A DNA stretch of 45,753 nucleotides. Source: Chiloscyllium plagiosum (Eukaryota). Shown here piece by piece: positions 21,789 through 34,729 of the stretch (positions are counted from its first letter, which is position 1; every line of letters starts with the position of its first letter). The notes beneath the pieces were generated by a model that saw nothing but the letters and a program-made list of their open reading frames with translations, had not been told where the DNA came from and did not search any database. The translations under genes and the position numbers were made by a program. Location of the stretch: assembly GCF_004010195.1 (NCBI RefSeq), contig NC_057718.1, positions 15,762,789-15,808,541 of the forward strand. The letters run 5' to 3'.

Positions 21789-22931
21789 GTACAAGAGAAT
21801 GATCAGCTAGCACACAGACATTTAACCCAAACTGAATAAGGACAAAGCTTCAGAGTTCCAGATCTACATCTAAATACATGGGTTAATCAATACATTATGC
21901 AATTGTGTCTAATTCAGGTCATCCAATTTGATGCAAAATTGGTCAAATCCTACGAAAGAAACAGACAACACATCCAAGTTGTATATGCTTAACCATCTGT
22001 CATATAAGGTGATGACTCTGATATTGAAAGTATCATATCAGACAACAACCATACATCAATAATGATTGATATATATTCATCCATCATGACAGATCACTCA
22101 CTGCAGAATGAAGCCAGAAGCTGAGTTATTGTTGCTGAACAAGAATTAGATCCACTTGTGTTGTATGTCCATAAAATATTGATATTAATAATGTATCCAT
22201 GTGTGTATTTATCATAACAGGTTTTCTATTCTTCAATGGGAAAAAGGGCAATGTTGTATTGTTGTACAGATTTCAGAAAAGACTGTATCACGACATGTGA
22301 TGCTCTGGCACAACAGGACTCCATCCTACTCTCGGTTAGTCAGTCAATAGTCAGACAACCAGAAAGTTATCCAGCTAGTCATCCAGTTAACTATCTGTAT
22401 ACTGTGATAATAATACAAGTAAGCAAAGAACCCAGATCATACATATAAATCTGAGTTCTCATATTAGTGTATGCAGATGGTTAATAAACTTCCAGATATC
22501 TGTCTCAATAAGAAACTGAGTACTTGTGGCATATGTTGTGTAGGCTAACATATAGAAAACAATATAATCTCAGTCACTGGTCAAATAGGAACCAAGAGAC
22601 ATAGATTTTCTTCGTGCAGAGAGTTTATTGACTTAGCAGTCCAACTGTTCTCTCCCCCACTTCCAGCTGTCCCCCTCAATACATGTGTTGATATCAATTA
22701 ATAACCATCAACTGTTACCCTCTAACCTAATTACTTATTATATTAACAAAAGATAGAAATATATTTTCTACAGTTTGAATCGAATCATAGAACAGGCTCA
22801 AGGGGCTGACTGGCCTTCTCCTGATCTAACATTGTGTGTTTGCATGATTTTCTATATTTGTTTTAGATTTTAAATGCAGTATATTGATTTCTGTTTTATT
22901 GTAAGAGTCACATTTGGGAAAGACAATTAAG

Positions 22932-23327
22932 AGTCATAAAGTCATAGAGATGTACAGCATAGAAACAGACCCTTCAGTCCAACCCATCCATGCCGACCAG
23001 ATATCCCAACCCAATCTAGTCCCATCTGCCAGCACCCAGCCCATATCTCTCCAAACCCTTCCTATTCATATACCCATCCAAATGCCTCTTAAATGTTGCA
23101 ATTGTACCAGCCTCCACCACATCTTCTGGCAGCTCATTCCATACACGTACCACCCTCTGCGTGAAAAAGTTGCCCCATAGGTCTCTTTTATATCTTTCCC
23201 CTCTCACCCTAAACCTATGCCCTCTAGTTCTGGACTCCTCGACCCCAAGGAAAAGACTTTGCCTATTTATCCTATCCATGCCCCTCATAATTTTGTAAAC
23301 CTCTATAAGGTCACCCCTCAGCCTCCA
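22932..23327 (-). mobile_element. 5'-truncated CR1/HER1 LINE 3' end
   Basis: ORF 23016-23354 LRGDLIEVYKIMRG...RTRGHRF...FFTQRVVRVWNELP, homologous to 24620-24980. Confidence 0.9.
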
Positions 23328-23904
23328 GGGTTTGTTAAAGATGTTCAAAGTCATGAGCTGGCCGGGGAGAGCAGGAGAGAAAGCAACTGTTCACCCGTAT
23401 AAAACTAAAATAACACACATAAAATCAGCTTATGGTTCAGTGGTAGTGTCCGTAACCCTTGGCTGCGAGGCCCAGGTTCAAGTCCGGCTTGCTCCAGCGA
23501 TGTGTATTGACATCTCTGAGCAGGTGAATTAGATAAATAGGCTAAATGTTAAAAAAAAAACAAGAAAGCACAGTGAAGAGGTCATGTGGTGCAATGGTAG
23601 TGTCCCTATCTCTGAGCCAGGAGATCTGTGTTCAAGTCCCATCTGCTCCAGAAGTGTGGAATGATACTTTTGAAAAGGTTGACTAGAAAATATAACTAGA
23701 GGCCATACAGTTAAAGTGATGTTAAGTAAAAATAAACTTTTTGCGCATATAGTTAAGGTCTGGAAAGCACTGCTGGGAAATGTGGTGGAGGCTGGTTCAG
23801 CTGAGGCATTCCAGAGGGGCATTGGACAATTATTTGGATTAAATGGTTTGCAGGAATATAAGGAAAAGCAGGAGATGGGCACTAGGTAACAGAATCTGGA
23901 AAAG

Positions 23905-24143
23905 TCTCCAGTTCGGTGAGTCTGCTCCGGGGTTACGTTTAACCGCCGAGCGTGGGTTGTTGGCAACCGCTCTACGAGAACTGACGGCTCCCAGTTCCGG
24001 TAACATGTAGAGTGAGTATAAGCCAGACCCGTTGTATGAAACCTGGTTGTGGCGACGCTGCGGGGAATAAAATGCCCATATTCTAGCAGACTCGCCTCTT
24101 GGTCGTTTGTTCTGTGTCAGACTACTCTCCTACGAACCTGACC
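23905..24143 (+). mobile_element. Candidate solo LTR (Gypsy-like)
   Basis: CpG-rich island with gttcg...cgaac inverted ends, a TATA-like gtataa at about 24016 and AATAAA at 24066. No clear TSD. Confidence 0.4.
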
Positions 24144-24619
24144 TTGAGAATTTTTTAAAACAAACTCCCACCTCACCTTAAAGAAACACATCAAGATGAA
24201 TGGAAACCTTTGGAAACTATTAACATTTTGTGTTTTTACTACAAAAATAATAGAGTTATGTGCATTTGTTATTTTTATTAAGTATCATAAACAAATCATT
24301 AATTCATACCAAATGTATAGTCATGCTCATGTTATAAATATTAATGCTACAAGGAAACTTGTTTATTTATCCCAATTTGTGACTTAAAATCAACCTGTGT
24401 GCATTCATACAGAGTACCTTTAGTTCTGCCAGATTTCCTTCCTGTTATCAATGTGATATAATTCACTTATGCCAACATGGCTAATTTTAATGAAATCTGT
24501 CTTCTATTTGGGTTTCATCATGAGGCTAGAAAGTCTCATGAAACTTCGACAGTAACAGTTCTACATTAACTGAAAATTCTTTCACCTGTTGATCCACAAC
24601 TGGCTATCCCTTAAGTACA

Positions 24620-27590
24620 GTCATAAAGACGTACAGCACGGAAACAGACACTGTGGGCCAACCTGTCCATGCTGACCAGATCTCCTACCAAAATCTAGTC
24701 CCATTTTCTAGCATTTGCCCCATATCCCTCCAAACCCTTCCTATTCATATACCTATCCAGATGCCTTTCAAATGCTGCAATTGTACCAACCTCCACCACT
24801 TCCTCTGGCAGCTCATTCCATACATGCACCACTGCCTGCGCGAAAACATTGCCCCTGAGGTCCCTTTTATATCTTTCCCCTCTCACCCTGAACCTATGCC
24901 CTCTAGCTCTTGACTCACCCACCCCAGAGAAAAGACTTGGTCTATTTCTCCTATCCATACCCATTATTTTATTAACCTCTAAATCGCAACCCCCACCAAC
25001 TGACGCTCCAGAGCAAACAGCCCCAGCCTATTCAGCCTCTCCCTATAGTTCAAATCATCTAATCCTGGCAACATTCTTGCAAATCTTTTCTGAACCCTTT
25101 CAAGTTTCACAACGTCCTTCCAAAAGGAAGGAGACCAGAATTGCACACAATATTCCAAAAGTGGCCTAACCAATGTCCTGTACAGCCGCAACATGACCTC
25201 CCAACTCCTATACTCAATACTCTGACCAATAAAGGAAAGCATACCAAATGCCTTCTTCATTATCCTATTTACCTGCAACTCTACTTTCAAGCAACAATGA
25301 ACCTGCACCCCAAGGTCTCTTTGTTCAGCAACACTTCCTCAGATCTTACCATTAAATGTATGAGTCCTGCTATGGTTTCCTTTTCCAAAATGCAGCACTT
25401 CACATTTATCTAAACTAAACTCCATCTGCCATTCCTCAGCCCATTGGCCCATTTGATCAAGATCCCGTTGTATTCTGAGGTAACCTTCTTCGTCGTCCAC
25501 TACACCTCCAATTTTGGTGTAATCTGCAAACTTACTAACTATGTCTCCTATGTTCACATACAAATCATTTATATAAATGGCAAAAAGTAGTGGACCCAGT
25601 ACTGATCCTTGTGGCACTCCACTGGTCACAGGCCTTCAGTCTGAAAAGCAACCCTCCACCACCACACTCTATCTTCTACCTTCGAGCCACTGCTGAATGC
25701 AAATGGCTAGTTCTCCCTGTATTCCATGAGATCTAACCTCGCTAACGAGTCTCCCCTAGAGAACCTTGTCAAATGCCTTACTGAAGTCAATATAGATCGC
25801 GTCTACCACTCTGCCCTCATCAATCCTCCTTGTTACTTCTTCAAAAACCTCAATCACGTTCGTGATAATGATTTCCCAGGCACAAAGCCATGCTGACATT
25901 CCCTGATCAATCCTTGCCTTTCCTAATACATGGACATCCTGTCCCTCAGGATTCCCTCCAACAACTTGCCCACCACCGACGTCAGGCTCACCAATCTGTT
26001 GTTCCCTGGCTTTTCCTTACCACCTTTCTTAAATATTGGTACCATGTTAGCTAACCTCCAATCCTCTCGCACCTCACCTATGACTATTGATGATACAAGT
26101 ATCTCAGCAAGGGGCCCAGCATCCCTAGCTTCCCACAGAGTTCTAAGGTACACCTGATCGGTCCTGGGGATTTAACCACTTTTATGCATTTCAAGACATC
26201 CAGCACCTCCTCCTCTGCAATATGGACATTCTTCAAGATGTCACCATCTATTTCCCTGCATCCTATATCTTGCATGTCCTTTTCCACAGTAAACACTGAT
26301 GCAAAATACTCGTTTAGTATCTCCCCCATTTCCTGTGGACCTACACAAAGGCCGCCTTGCTGATCTTTGAGGGGCCCTATTCTCGCCCTAGTTACCCTTT
26401 TGTCCTCAATGTATTTGTAAAAAAACCTTTGGATTCTCCTTAACTCTATTTGCCAAAGGTATCTCATGTCCCCTTTTTGTCCTCCTGATTCCCCTCATAA
26501 GTATATTCCTACTGCCTTTATACTCTTCTAAGGATTCTCTCGATCTCTCCTATCTATGCTTCCTTTTTTTTTTCTTAACCAAAACCTCAATTTCTCTAGT
26601 CATCCAACATTCCCTACACGTATAAGCCTTTCCTTTCACCCTAACATGAATATACCATTTCTGGACTCTTGTTATTTTCCAGCCATCCCTTTACCTGCAA
26701 ACATTTACCCCAATCAGCTTTTGAAAGTTCTTGCTAATACTATCAAAATTTGCCTTCCTCCAATTTAGAACTTCAACTTTTAGATCTGGTCTATCCTTTT
26801 CCATCACTATTTTAAAACTAATAGAATTATGGTCACGGGCCCCAAAGTGCTCCCTCACTGAGGCCTCAGTTACTTGCCCTATTTACCAAGAGTAGGTAAT
26901 GTTTTGCACCTTCTCTAGTAGGTACATCCACATATTGAATCAGAAAATGTTCTTGTACATGCTTAACAAATTTCTCTCCGTCTAAACCCTTAACATTATG
27001 GCAGTCCCACTCTATGTTTGTAAAGTTAAAACCCCCTACTATAACTACCCTATTATTCTTACAGATAAATGAGATCTGACAAATTTGTTTCTCAATTTCC
27101 TGCTGACTAGTAGGGGGTCTATATTACAAGCCCAATAAGGTGATCATTCATTTCCTATTTCTCAGTTCCACCCAAATAACTTCCCTAGATGTAGTCCTAG
27201 GAATATCCTTCCAAAGTACAGCTGAAATACTATCCCTTATCAAAAATGTCACTTCCCCTTCTCTCTTGCCTCCCTTTCTATCCTTCCTATTCCATTTGTA
27301 TCCTGAAACATTAAGCTGCCAATCATGTCCATCCCTGAGCCATGTTTCTGTAATTGTTACGATATCTCAGTCCCATGTTCCGAACCATGCCCTGACTTCA
27401 TCTGCCTTCCTGGTTAGGCCTCTTGCAGTTTAATTTATCAGACCTAGCTTGTTCTCTGTTTTGTCCCTGCCTGCCCTATCTGTTTGATTCACTCCTTTTC
27501 CCAGCTGTACTAGTCTCAGATTGATCTCTTTCCTCACAGTCTCCCTGGGATCCCCCACCTCCACCTCTGCCATCTTACTAGTTTAAATCT
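24620..27590 (-). mobile_element. CR1/HER1-clade LINE, ORF2 (APE endonuclease + RT), decayed
   Basis: Minus-strand fragments DIVTITETWL (endonuclease), EDWRLANMVPIFKKG, SGVPQGSVLGPLLF...SKFADYTK, LYRTLVRPLLEYCVQFWSP, RGHRF...WNELPEEVV, followed by the 3' tail. Confidence 0.93.
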
Positions 27591-27934
27591 AATGACTGTG
27601 ACATGTTCTTGACCAGTTGTTTCTTGATTAATTAGATTGAGGTCAAAATACACATTTATGTTTAAAAATGTGAATTCTTAATTATGAAATGTGTAATTTG
27701 ACACCTTTTGTGTTGAAGAGTTGCTTGTAGCATACCTTTAAATTCAAGTTATCATTTATATAAATATCTTCTTGCCTAAAGGCAAGTTCTAGGTCACCAA
27801 TTTCCCTTTGGCTTTTCTTCTAATGTAGTCTCAGGAAACTCTTTATGTGAATAGTTATTTGAATTCCTGTTGTCCTATGATTGTGTCTTACTTCAGCACA
27901 TCATTGCTTTTAAGATAAAGCATTATTTTTTAAT

Positions 27935-28303
27935 AACAAAAAGGATTGATAAGGGCAAAGAGGTAGACGTGATCTATATGGACTTCAGCAAGACATTCGA
28001 CAAAGTTCCCCATGGGAGACTGGTTAGCAAGGTTAGATCTCATGGAATACATAGAGAACTAGCCATTTGGGTACAGAACTGGCTCAAAGGTAGAAGGTGG
28101 TGGTAGAGGGTTGTTTTTCAGACTGGAGGTCAGTGATCAGTGGAGTGCCACAAGAATCGGTGCTGGGTCCACTACTTTTCGTCATTTATGTAAATGATTT
28201 GGATTTGAGCAATAGAGGTATAGTTGGTATGTTTGCAGTTGACACCAAAATTAGAAGTGTAGTGGTCAGCGAAGAAGATTACCTTAAATTACAATGGGAT
28301 CTC
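27935..28303 (+). mobile_element. CR1 RT fragment
   Basis: VDVIYMDFSKTFDKVPHGRL...SGVPQESVLGPLLFVIYVNDLD. Confidence 0.88.
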
Positions 28304-28905
28304 TGTAAATATTTACTGTTTTTTGGCTTTTGCAGCCAAAACGGTTGTTTTAAAAACGGTTTTCCTCGCCCACCAGGAAATTCACTTTGATGGTGGAGCT
28401 CCGATGCTGCATTTCAACTCTCTTCAAAATCGAAGTAGCATTGCATGACTGGAAATGCTGTCTTTCAGGTGGGATAGTAAACTAAGGCTCCATCCACTTG
28501 TTTCGACTGGATGTGAAAGATCCCAGGGCACTACCGGGAAGAAAAGCAGGATTGTTATCGTTGGAGTCCTTATCAACATTTATTCCTCAATCAACATGAT
28601 AAAAACAAACTGTTTGACTCTTATCCCAATGCTGTTTCTGGAGTTTTCTGTGCTAGAGTTGGCATCTGTGCTTCCTACAATCACAATAGTTTTGAACAGC
28701 CATATTTCAAGAGTACTGACCTGACCAAAGAGCACAGATGCTGATTTACAGTGTAATGCACATTGAAGAATTCATATAAATAACGTTTAAAACATGCAAC
28801 AATGATTTTCTTTGATTCACACGAGGTGTGGCTATCACTGACAAAGCCACCATTTACTACCTATCCCCAATTGCTCTTGAATTGATTGGCCATTTCAGAA
28901 GACAG

Positions 28906-29069
28906 CATTTCTCTCTCCACGCTGGAGGCTCCTGCCTCCATTCCTGATGAAGTGCTTTTGCCCGAAACATCGATTTTCCTGCTCCTCGGATGCTGCTTGA
29001 CTGCTGTGCTTTTCCAGCACCACTCTGATCTAAACTCTGGTTTCCAGCATCTGCAGTCCTCACTTTTGC
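28906..29069 (+). mobile_element. Short Penelope-derived element
   Basis: Contains cctgatgaagtgcttttgcccgaaacatcg. TSD ccatttca(g/a)aagacag at 28890-28905 and 29070-29085. Confidence 0.8.
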
Positions 29070-29102
29070 CCATTTCAAAAGACAGTTGAGGGTCAACTAT
29101 AT

Positions 29103-29282
29103 GTCTAGATTAGAGTGGTGCTGGAAAAGCACAGCAATTCAGGCAGCATCCGAGGAGCAGTAAAATCGACGTTTTGGGCAAAAGCCCTTTACTGCTCCTC
29201 GGATGCTGCCTGAACTGCTGTGCTTTTCCAGCACCACTCTAATCTAGACTCTGGTTTCCAGCATCTGCAGTCCTTGTTTTTA
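29103..29282. mobile_element. Palindromic Penelope-derived element
   Basis: gtctagattagagtggtgctggaaaagcacagc...gctgtgcttttccagcaccactctaatctagac forms an inverted repeat. Same family as the adjacent element. Confidence 0.8.
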
Positions 29283-29319
29283 CCCAGGGGCAGCAGAAAT
29301 TAAGTGAAAGTGAATGCCT

Positions 29320-31470
29320 TTCACATGAAGGCCACATTTGACCAAGTATGGCATCAAGGAGCCCTTGCAAAACTGGAGACAATTGGAATCATATCTGGCA
29401 CAAAGGGGGATAGCTGTGGTACTTGAAAATTAATCATCTCAGTCCAAGGAGATCACTGCAAGAGTACTTCAGGGTAGTTTCCTTGCCCAACCATCTTCAA
29501 CAGCTGAATGACTGTTATAAGGTCAGAATTGGGAATGTCAATGATTGCATAATGCTTAGCACCATTCATGACTTCTCAGATACTGAAGCACTTTGTGTCC
29601 ATATGCAGCAAGACCTGGACAACATTTAGGCTTGGCAAGTAACATTCAAACCACACAAATGCCAAGTAATGACCAACTCCAATAAGACAGAATCTAACCA
29701 CCAGACCTTTATATTCAATAGCATTACTGAATTCCCCACTAGCAACATACTGGATATCACCACTGACCAGAAACTGAACTGTTCTCGCCACATAATTGTG
29801 TGGCTACAAAAGCAGGCCAGAAGTTAGAAATTCTAGTGATTAAATCATCTCGTCACCCCAGTGCATGTCAAACATCTAGAAGGCACAAGGCAGGAGACTG
29901 AGTGAATGGTATCCATGTGTCTCAAGAAGCTCAATGCCATCCAGGACAAAACAGCGTACTTAACTGGCACTCCATTCATCACCTTCAATATTCATTCCCT
30001 TCAACACTGATGGGAACATCATCACCTCCAAGCCACTCACCATCCTGACTTAGAACCATATCACTAAACCTACAATGTCACTCAGTCACAAACCTGAAAT
30101 ACTCTTTTAAATAGCATTACGGGTGTCCCTCCATACCAGAAATGCATTGGGAAGGTGGTTCATCAGGGCAATTTGGGTGTAGGCATTAAATGTTCATCTT
30201 GCCAGTGAGACCCATATTCTATTATAAAATAAAGAAAGAAAGAAACTCTACCAGTTGCCACAGTGAAATTTGAACATGTGTCTCCAATGGTTTGGATGAT
30301 GGAAATGAACATACTGGCGTCAAGTCTGGGAATGACACAAAAATGGATGGGAAGTTAAGTGGCTAGGATGACACAAAGAGTCTAAAAAAGGATTTGTGAA
30401 GGTTAAGTGAGCTAGCAAAAACTTAACAGATGAAATTATAATATGGGGAAATCTGAGGTTATGCACTTTCACAGGAAGAATCAAACACTAAGTATTATTT
30501 AAATGGGAAAAGACTGCAGACAGCCACAGCACATAGGCATTTGCGGTTATTATGCATAAATCACAAAAAAAAAACAGCATCCAAGTTTAGCTGGTAATCG
30601 GGAAGGCAAGTGGAATGTTGGGCCTGTACTCATTGGGAGTTTAAAAGAGTGAGAGGTGAGTATACTGAAACATGAGGTCTTGGGGGCCTTGATAGAGTAG
30701 ATGAGGAAAGGTTGTTTCCCTCTCTGGGATAGTCTAGGACCAGAGGGCATACTCTTAGGGTAAGGAATCAACCATTTAAGACAAGAAATAAGGAGGAATT
30801 TCTTCTCTCAGGCTAGTGCGGATTATTTACCACAGAGCGCTGTCAAGGCTAGATCATTAAGTATACTAAAAATTGAGATGGGAACATTGGAACAAAAGGA
30901 GGAACTTGTTACACCACTCAATGTGATCATGGCTGATCTGTGGCCTAACTCATACACCTTTCTTTGCCCCATATCTCTTGATACCTTTTCTTAACAAAAA
31001 TATATCTATCTCAGATTTAAAATCAACAATTAATCCTGCATCCATTGTCATTTATGGAAGAGAGTTTAAAATATCTACCTTCCTTTGTGTGCCAAGTGCT
31101 TCCTAACATCTCTCCTGAATGATCTGGCTCTAATTCTCAGACTATGCGCCCTAGGTCTCGAATTCCCAACCAATGGAGATAGTTTATATTTATCTACTCT
31201 ACCTTTTCCTGTTAATATCTTGAAGACTTCATTCAGATCATCCCTTAACCTTCTAAATTCTGTAGAAACGGGCCTAATCTCTCCTTTATAACAACTCCTG
31301 AAATCTAGCTATCAGATTTTTAATCAGGAGGGGAATCAAGGATAATGTGGAAAAGGTAGGAAAGTGGAGTCAAGGATTATCAGACCAACAACAATCTTAT
31401 TAAATAGCAGAACAGACTTGATGGACTGAATGGGCTACTTCTGCTCCTATACCTTACGGTCTTATGACCA
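29320..31470. mobile_element. Cluster of decayed CR1/L2-type LINE fragments in both orientations
   Basis: MQQDLDNI.AW motif (about 29603), CR1 3' motifs at 30320-30880 and 31315-31470, and a reverse-oriented CR1 tail at 30880-31310. Confidence 0.6.
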
Positions 31471-31565
31471 GTTAAATGAAGAGTTTTCTGCAAGGTTTGT
31501 GAAGGCTTGTACCTCAGGATGAGGTTTAGGGTGTAGGTTTGCTCGCTGAGCTGTAGGTTTGATAT

Positions 31566-31605
31566 CCAGACGTTTCATTACCTGGCTAGGTAACATCATC
31601 AGTGG
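31566..31605 (-). ncRNA. Mirror copy of the minimal hammerhead ribozyme
   Basis: Exact reverse complement of 32637-32676 in the inverted arm. Confidence 0.75.
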
Positions 31606-32636
31606 CGACCTCCAGGTGAAGCGAAGCTGTTGTCTCCTGCTTTCTATTTATATCTTTCTCCTGGATGGGATTCCTGGGGTTTGTGGTGATGTCATTTCCT
31701 GTTTGTTTTCTGAGGGGTTGATAGATGGCAACTAGATCTATGTGTATGTTTATGGAGTTGTGGTTGGAGGGCCAGGCCTCGAGGAATTTTCTGGCATGTC
31801 TTTGCTTAGCCTGTCCCAGGATAGATGTGTTGTCCCAGTCGAAATGGTGGGTTTTTTTTTCCTCCGTGTGTAGGTCTACGAGGGAGAGAGGGTCGTGTCT
31901 TTTTGTGGCTAGCTGGTGTTCGTCTATCCTGGTGGCTAACTTTCTTCCTATTTGTCCTCCGTAGTGTTTGTGGCAACAGAAGAGAACCACCTATACAACG
32001 TATTCAAGAAGAACAGATACTCAAAAAATACAGTGCGTAGATTCCTCAAGAACAAACTACGACAAGCAGACCAAATACAGCCAGAAACCCTAACCACCTT
32101 ACCATACATCAAAGAAGTTTCAGAAATGACAGCCAGACTACTAAGACCCCTCAGAATCCTAGTAGCACACAAACCCACCAACACTCTCAAACACAAACTA
32201 ACAAACTTAAAAGACCCAGTACAATCCATGGACAAAACCAATGTCATCTACAAAATTCCATGCAAGGACTGCCACAAACACTACGTAGGAAAAACAGGAA
32301 GAAAGTTAGCCACCAGGAAACACGAACACCAAGTAGCCACAAAAAGACACGACCCTCTCTCCCTCGTAGACCTACACATGCATGAAAAAAAACACCATTT
32401 CGACTGGGACAACACATCTATCCTGGGACAGGCTAAGCAAAGACATGCCAGAGAATTCCTAGAGGCCTGGCACTCCAACCACAACTCCATAAACATACAC
32501 ATAGATCTAGATGCCATCTATCAACCCCTCAGAAAACAAACAGGAAATGACATCACCACAAACGCCAGAAACCCCATCCAGGAGAAAGATATAAATAGAA
32601 AGCAGGAGACAACAGCTTCGCTTCACCTGGAGGTCG

Positions 32637-32676
32637 CCACTGATGATGTTACCTAGCCAGGTAATGAAACGTCTGG
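32637..32676 (+). ncRNA. Minimal type-I hammerhead ribozyme of a Penelope element
   Basis: cca-CTGATGA-t-GTTACCT-agcc-AGGTAAT-GAAAC-GTC-tgg. Conserved core, stem II, and a palindromic ACGT in place of stem III. Predicted cleavage after 32673. Confidence 0.75.
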
Positions 32677-34563
32677 ATATCAAACCTACAGCTCAGCGAG
32701 CAAACCTACACCCTGAAGAGTTTTCTTTAATTTAAAGCAAGACAGGTTGACTCCGGTGGGACCTGAACACAGAAACTTATGACTCAAAGGCAAAAGAGAT
32801 ACCAACTGGGCTACATATTACACCAAAACCTTAGAAAGGGTAAGCAGAGAGTTTACTAGTATTTAACCATTTATGTGGAACTTCAGTTCAAAGAGATTAG
32901 GAAAGTTAGGATTGTTCTCCTTGAGATAGTTAAGGTTAAGAGAAAACTTCATAAATACTTTAAAGATGATGAAGCTTTTTGATAAAGTCAAAAAAAAACC
33001 TTCCCTCAGGAAAGAAGGTCAAGCAGTCATAGATTCAAAATCATTGGCAAAACATCTAATTTTGTGTTTCATATCCAGAGTTCTTGGAATCTGGAAGGTT
33101 TACCTGAAGCGGTGGTGTGATAGCTAATTCCAAAAAGTATTTTGGTTGGTCGAGCAGTTTTTGAGGGTATGGAACTTACAGGGTGACAAATAAAAGATGG
33201 AACTATAAAACCTTCAAAAGCCAGCGGAAGTATGATGGGCTGAATGGCCTCCTACTATAGGCCTTGTGCTTCTATGATTTACTACAGCAGGTTAAGGCAC
33301 TAAGGATAAGGAACTATTTGAACAAATAAAGGCTAAGACTGACAAGATGCATTAATGAAAGGTACTGGTATACTGCATAATTCATTCTTCGAAATATTTA
33401 ATAATCTGTGAGTTCCTACATTACAAAAGTGATTCCCAGAAAGATTCTGTGTTACTATTTCAATTGATACAGTACAGCCAGTCATCACCAATCATATTGT
33501 TCATCAATTCATTAACTTTTACACTGTATACTTTAAATTCTAACTGATATGCAGCCGAATGAATTGGAGGTAGCAATCCAATCAAAGAGCTCAACTGAAA
33601 GTTTGACTTCACAGAACTGATTTATGTCACAAGGTTTCTGGAATCCAATCACTATGTTGTAATGCATCAGCAGCCATCCTATTAGGGCTTTACAGGTTGC
33701 CCTGTCTTCACAATACAAGAAAGGTCCTTTGGTAAATAACAGTAAAGTTAAAAGGCTGTTTTTCCAGTACATGCAATGACTCACACATGAACAAACTATG
33801 AATGCTATAAATAATGCCAAAAATGAAATGTTTGCAGAATTGACACATTGGGACAACATTATGTGAGATTTATGATCTGTTTGACTGATAAAGATTGCAC
33901 TTGAATTTAACAAAGCAATGTAGAATTTTCCAATTTGACCTAATACTGCTGCTTCAATTGTCTGAGCTAAATCTCCAGCTATGTGGTCCCATGGCACCAA
34001 TCTTCCTTCATACATCACTGGCACAAACCACACAAATTTATCCACCAAAGCCTGCAGTGACTGAGGTCACTAAACTCCAGAACCAATGAAGTTTTCTTTG
34101 AATCTTCTTCTCGGAGTATTCTTGGCCCAACGTTTGATGGCACTTCCCAGCTGCACCAACAAGCTCCTGATTTTCTCAACAGCTCCACATCCCTTATGCC
34201 ACTCACACCTGCTGTCCTTGGAGATTTTACTGTTTCCCATTCACAGTCTCCTAATTCTCTTCAAAATTTCAAAAAAGCAAGGAAGCAGATTATCCATTTA
34301 GTTTAAAATGTTGGCAACTGCATATGTGCATGTGGTAAAAGCAGGAGTCAAGGGCAAGGATGAAGGGATGTTCAGGCAATGACAGAGAGGATAAGAGAGC
34401 AACAAAGGATGGAATGTCAGAGAATGAAATGAGACACAATTAGGCTGTACACATGGGCAAACTGTGCAAGGAAGTATAACCATTTGTACATACTTTCCAC
34501 GTAGAATATTTCCTTTTACTTCTCTGATGAATGGAATACCATTTGCCAATTTCCATAAATATA

Positions 34564-34729
34564 CTAGGCAAAAGTGAGGACTTCAGATGCTGGAAACCAG
34601 AGTTTAAATCAGAGTGGTGCTGGAAAAGCACAGCAGGTTAGGCAGCATCCGAGGAGCAGGAAAATCGATGTTTCACGCAAAAGCCCTTCATCAGGAACAG
34701 AGGCAGGGAGCCTCCAGGGTGGAGAGATA
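34564..34729 (-). mobile_element. Short Penelope-derived element
   Basis: Reverse complement of the 28906-29069 family. TSD ttccataaatata at 34551-34563 and 34730-34742. Confidence 0.8.

Larger units (their letters stand above)
31490..32713 (+). mobile_element. Penelope-like element with ~440-bp inverted terminal arms
   Basis: ORF 31952-32656 encodes the linker and GIY-YIG domain (NVIYKIPCKDCHKHYVGKTGRKL). About 31528-31975 is a near-identical reverse complement of about 32268-32713. Perfect 13-bp TSD tgaagagttttct (31477-31489, 32714-32726). Confidence 0.92.

Noticed and set aside
22221..22334. Possible exon (cataacag|GTTTTC...CTCG|GTTAGT) on the plus strand
   Set aside because: The splice-like ends are plausible, but no frame resembles a protein I recognise (including ADSS2 exons 1-4) and no partner exons were seen.
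27736..27819. Possible 84-bp minus-strand exon (KKSQREIGDLELAFRQEDIYINDNLNLK|gtatgc)
   Set aside because: Weak acceptor and no recognisable homology.
33533..34048. 171-aa minus-strand ORF as a host gene
   Set aside because: No recognisable domain or convincing splice structure, and it has a non-ATG start. At most a decayed TE remnant.
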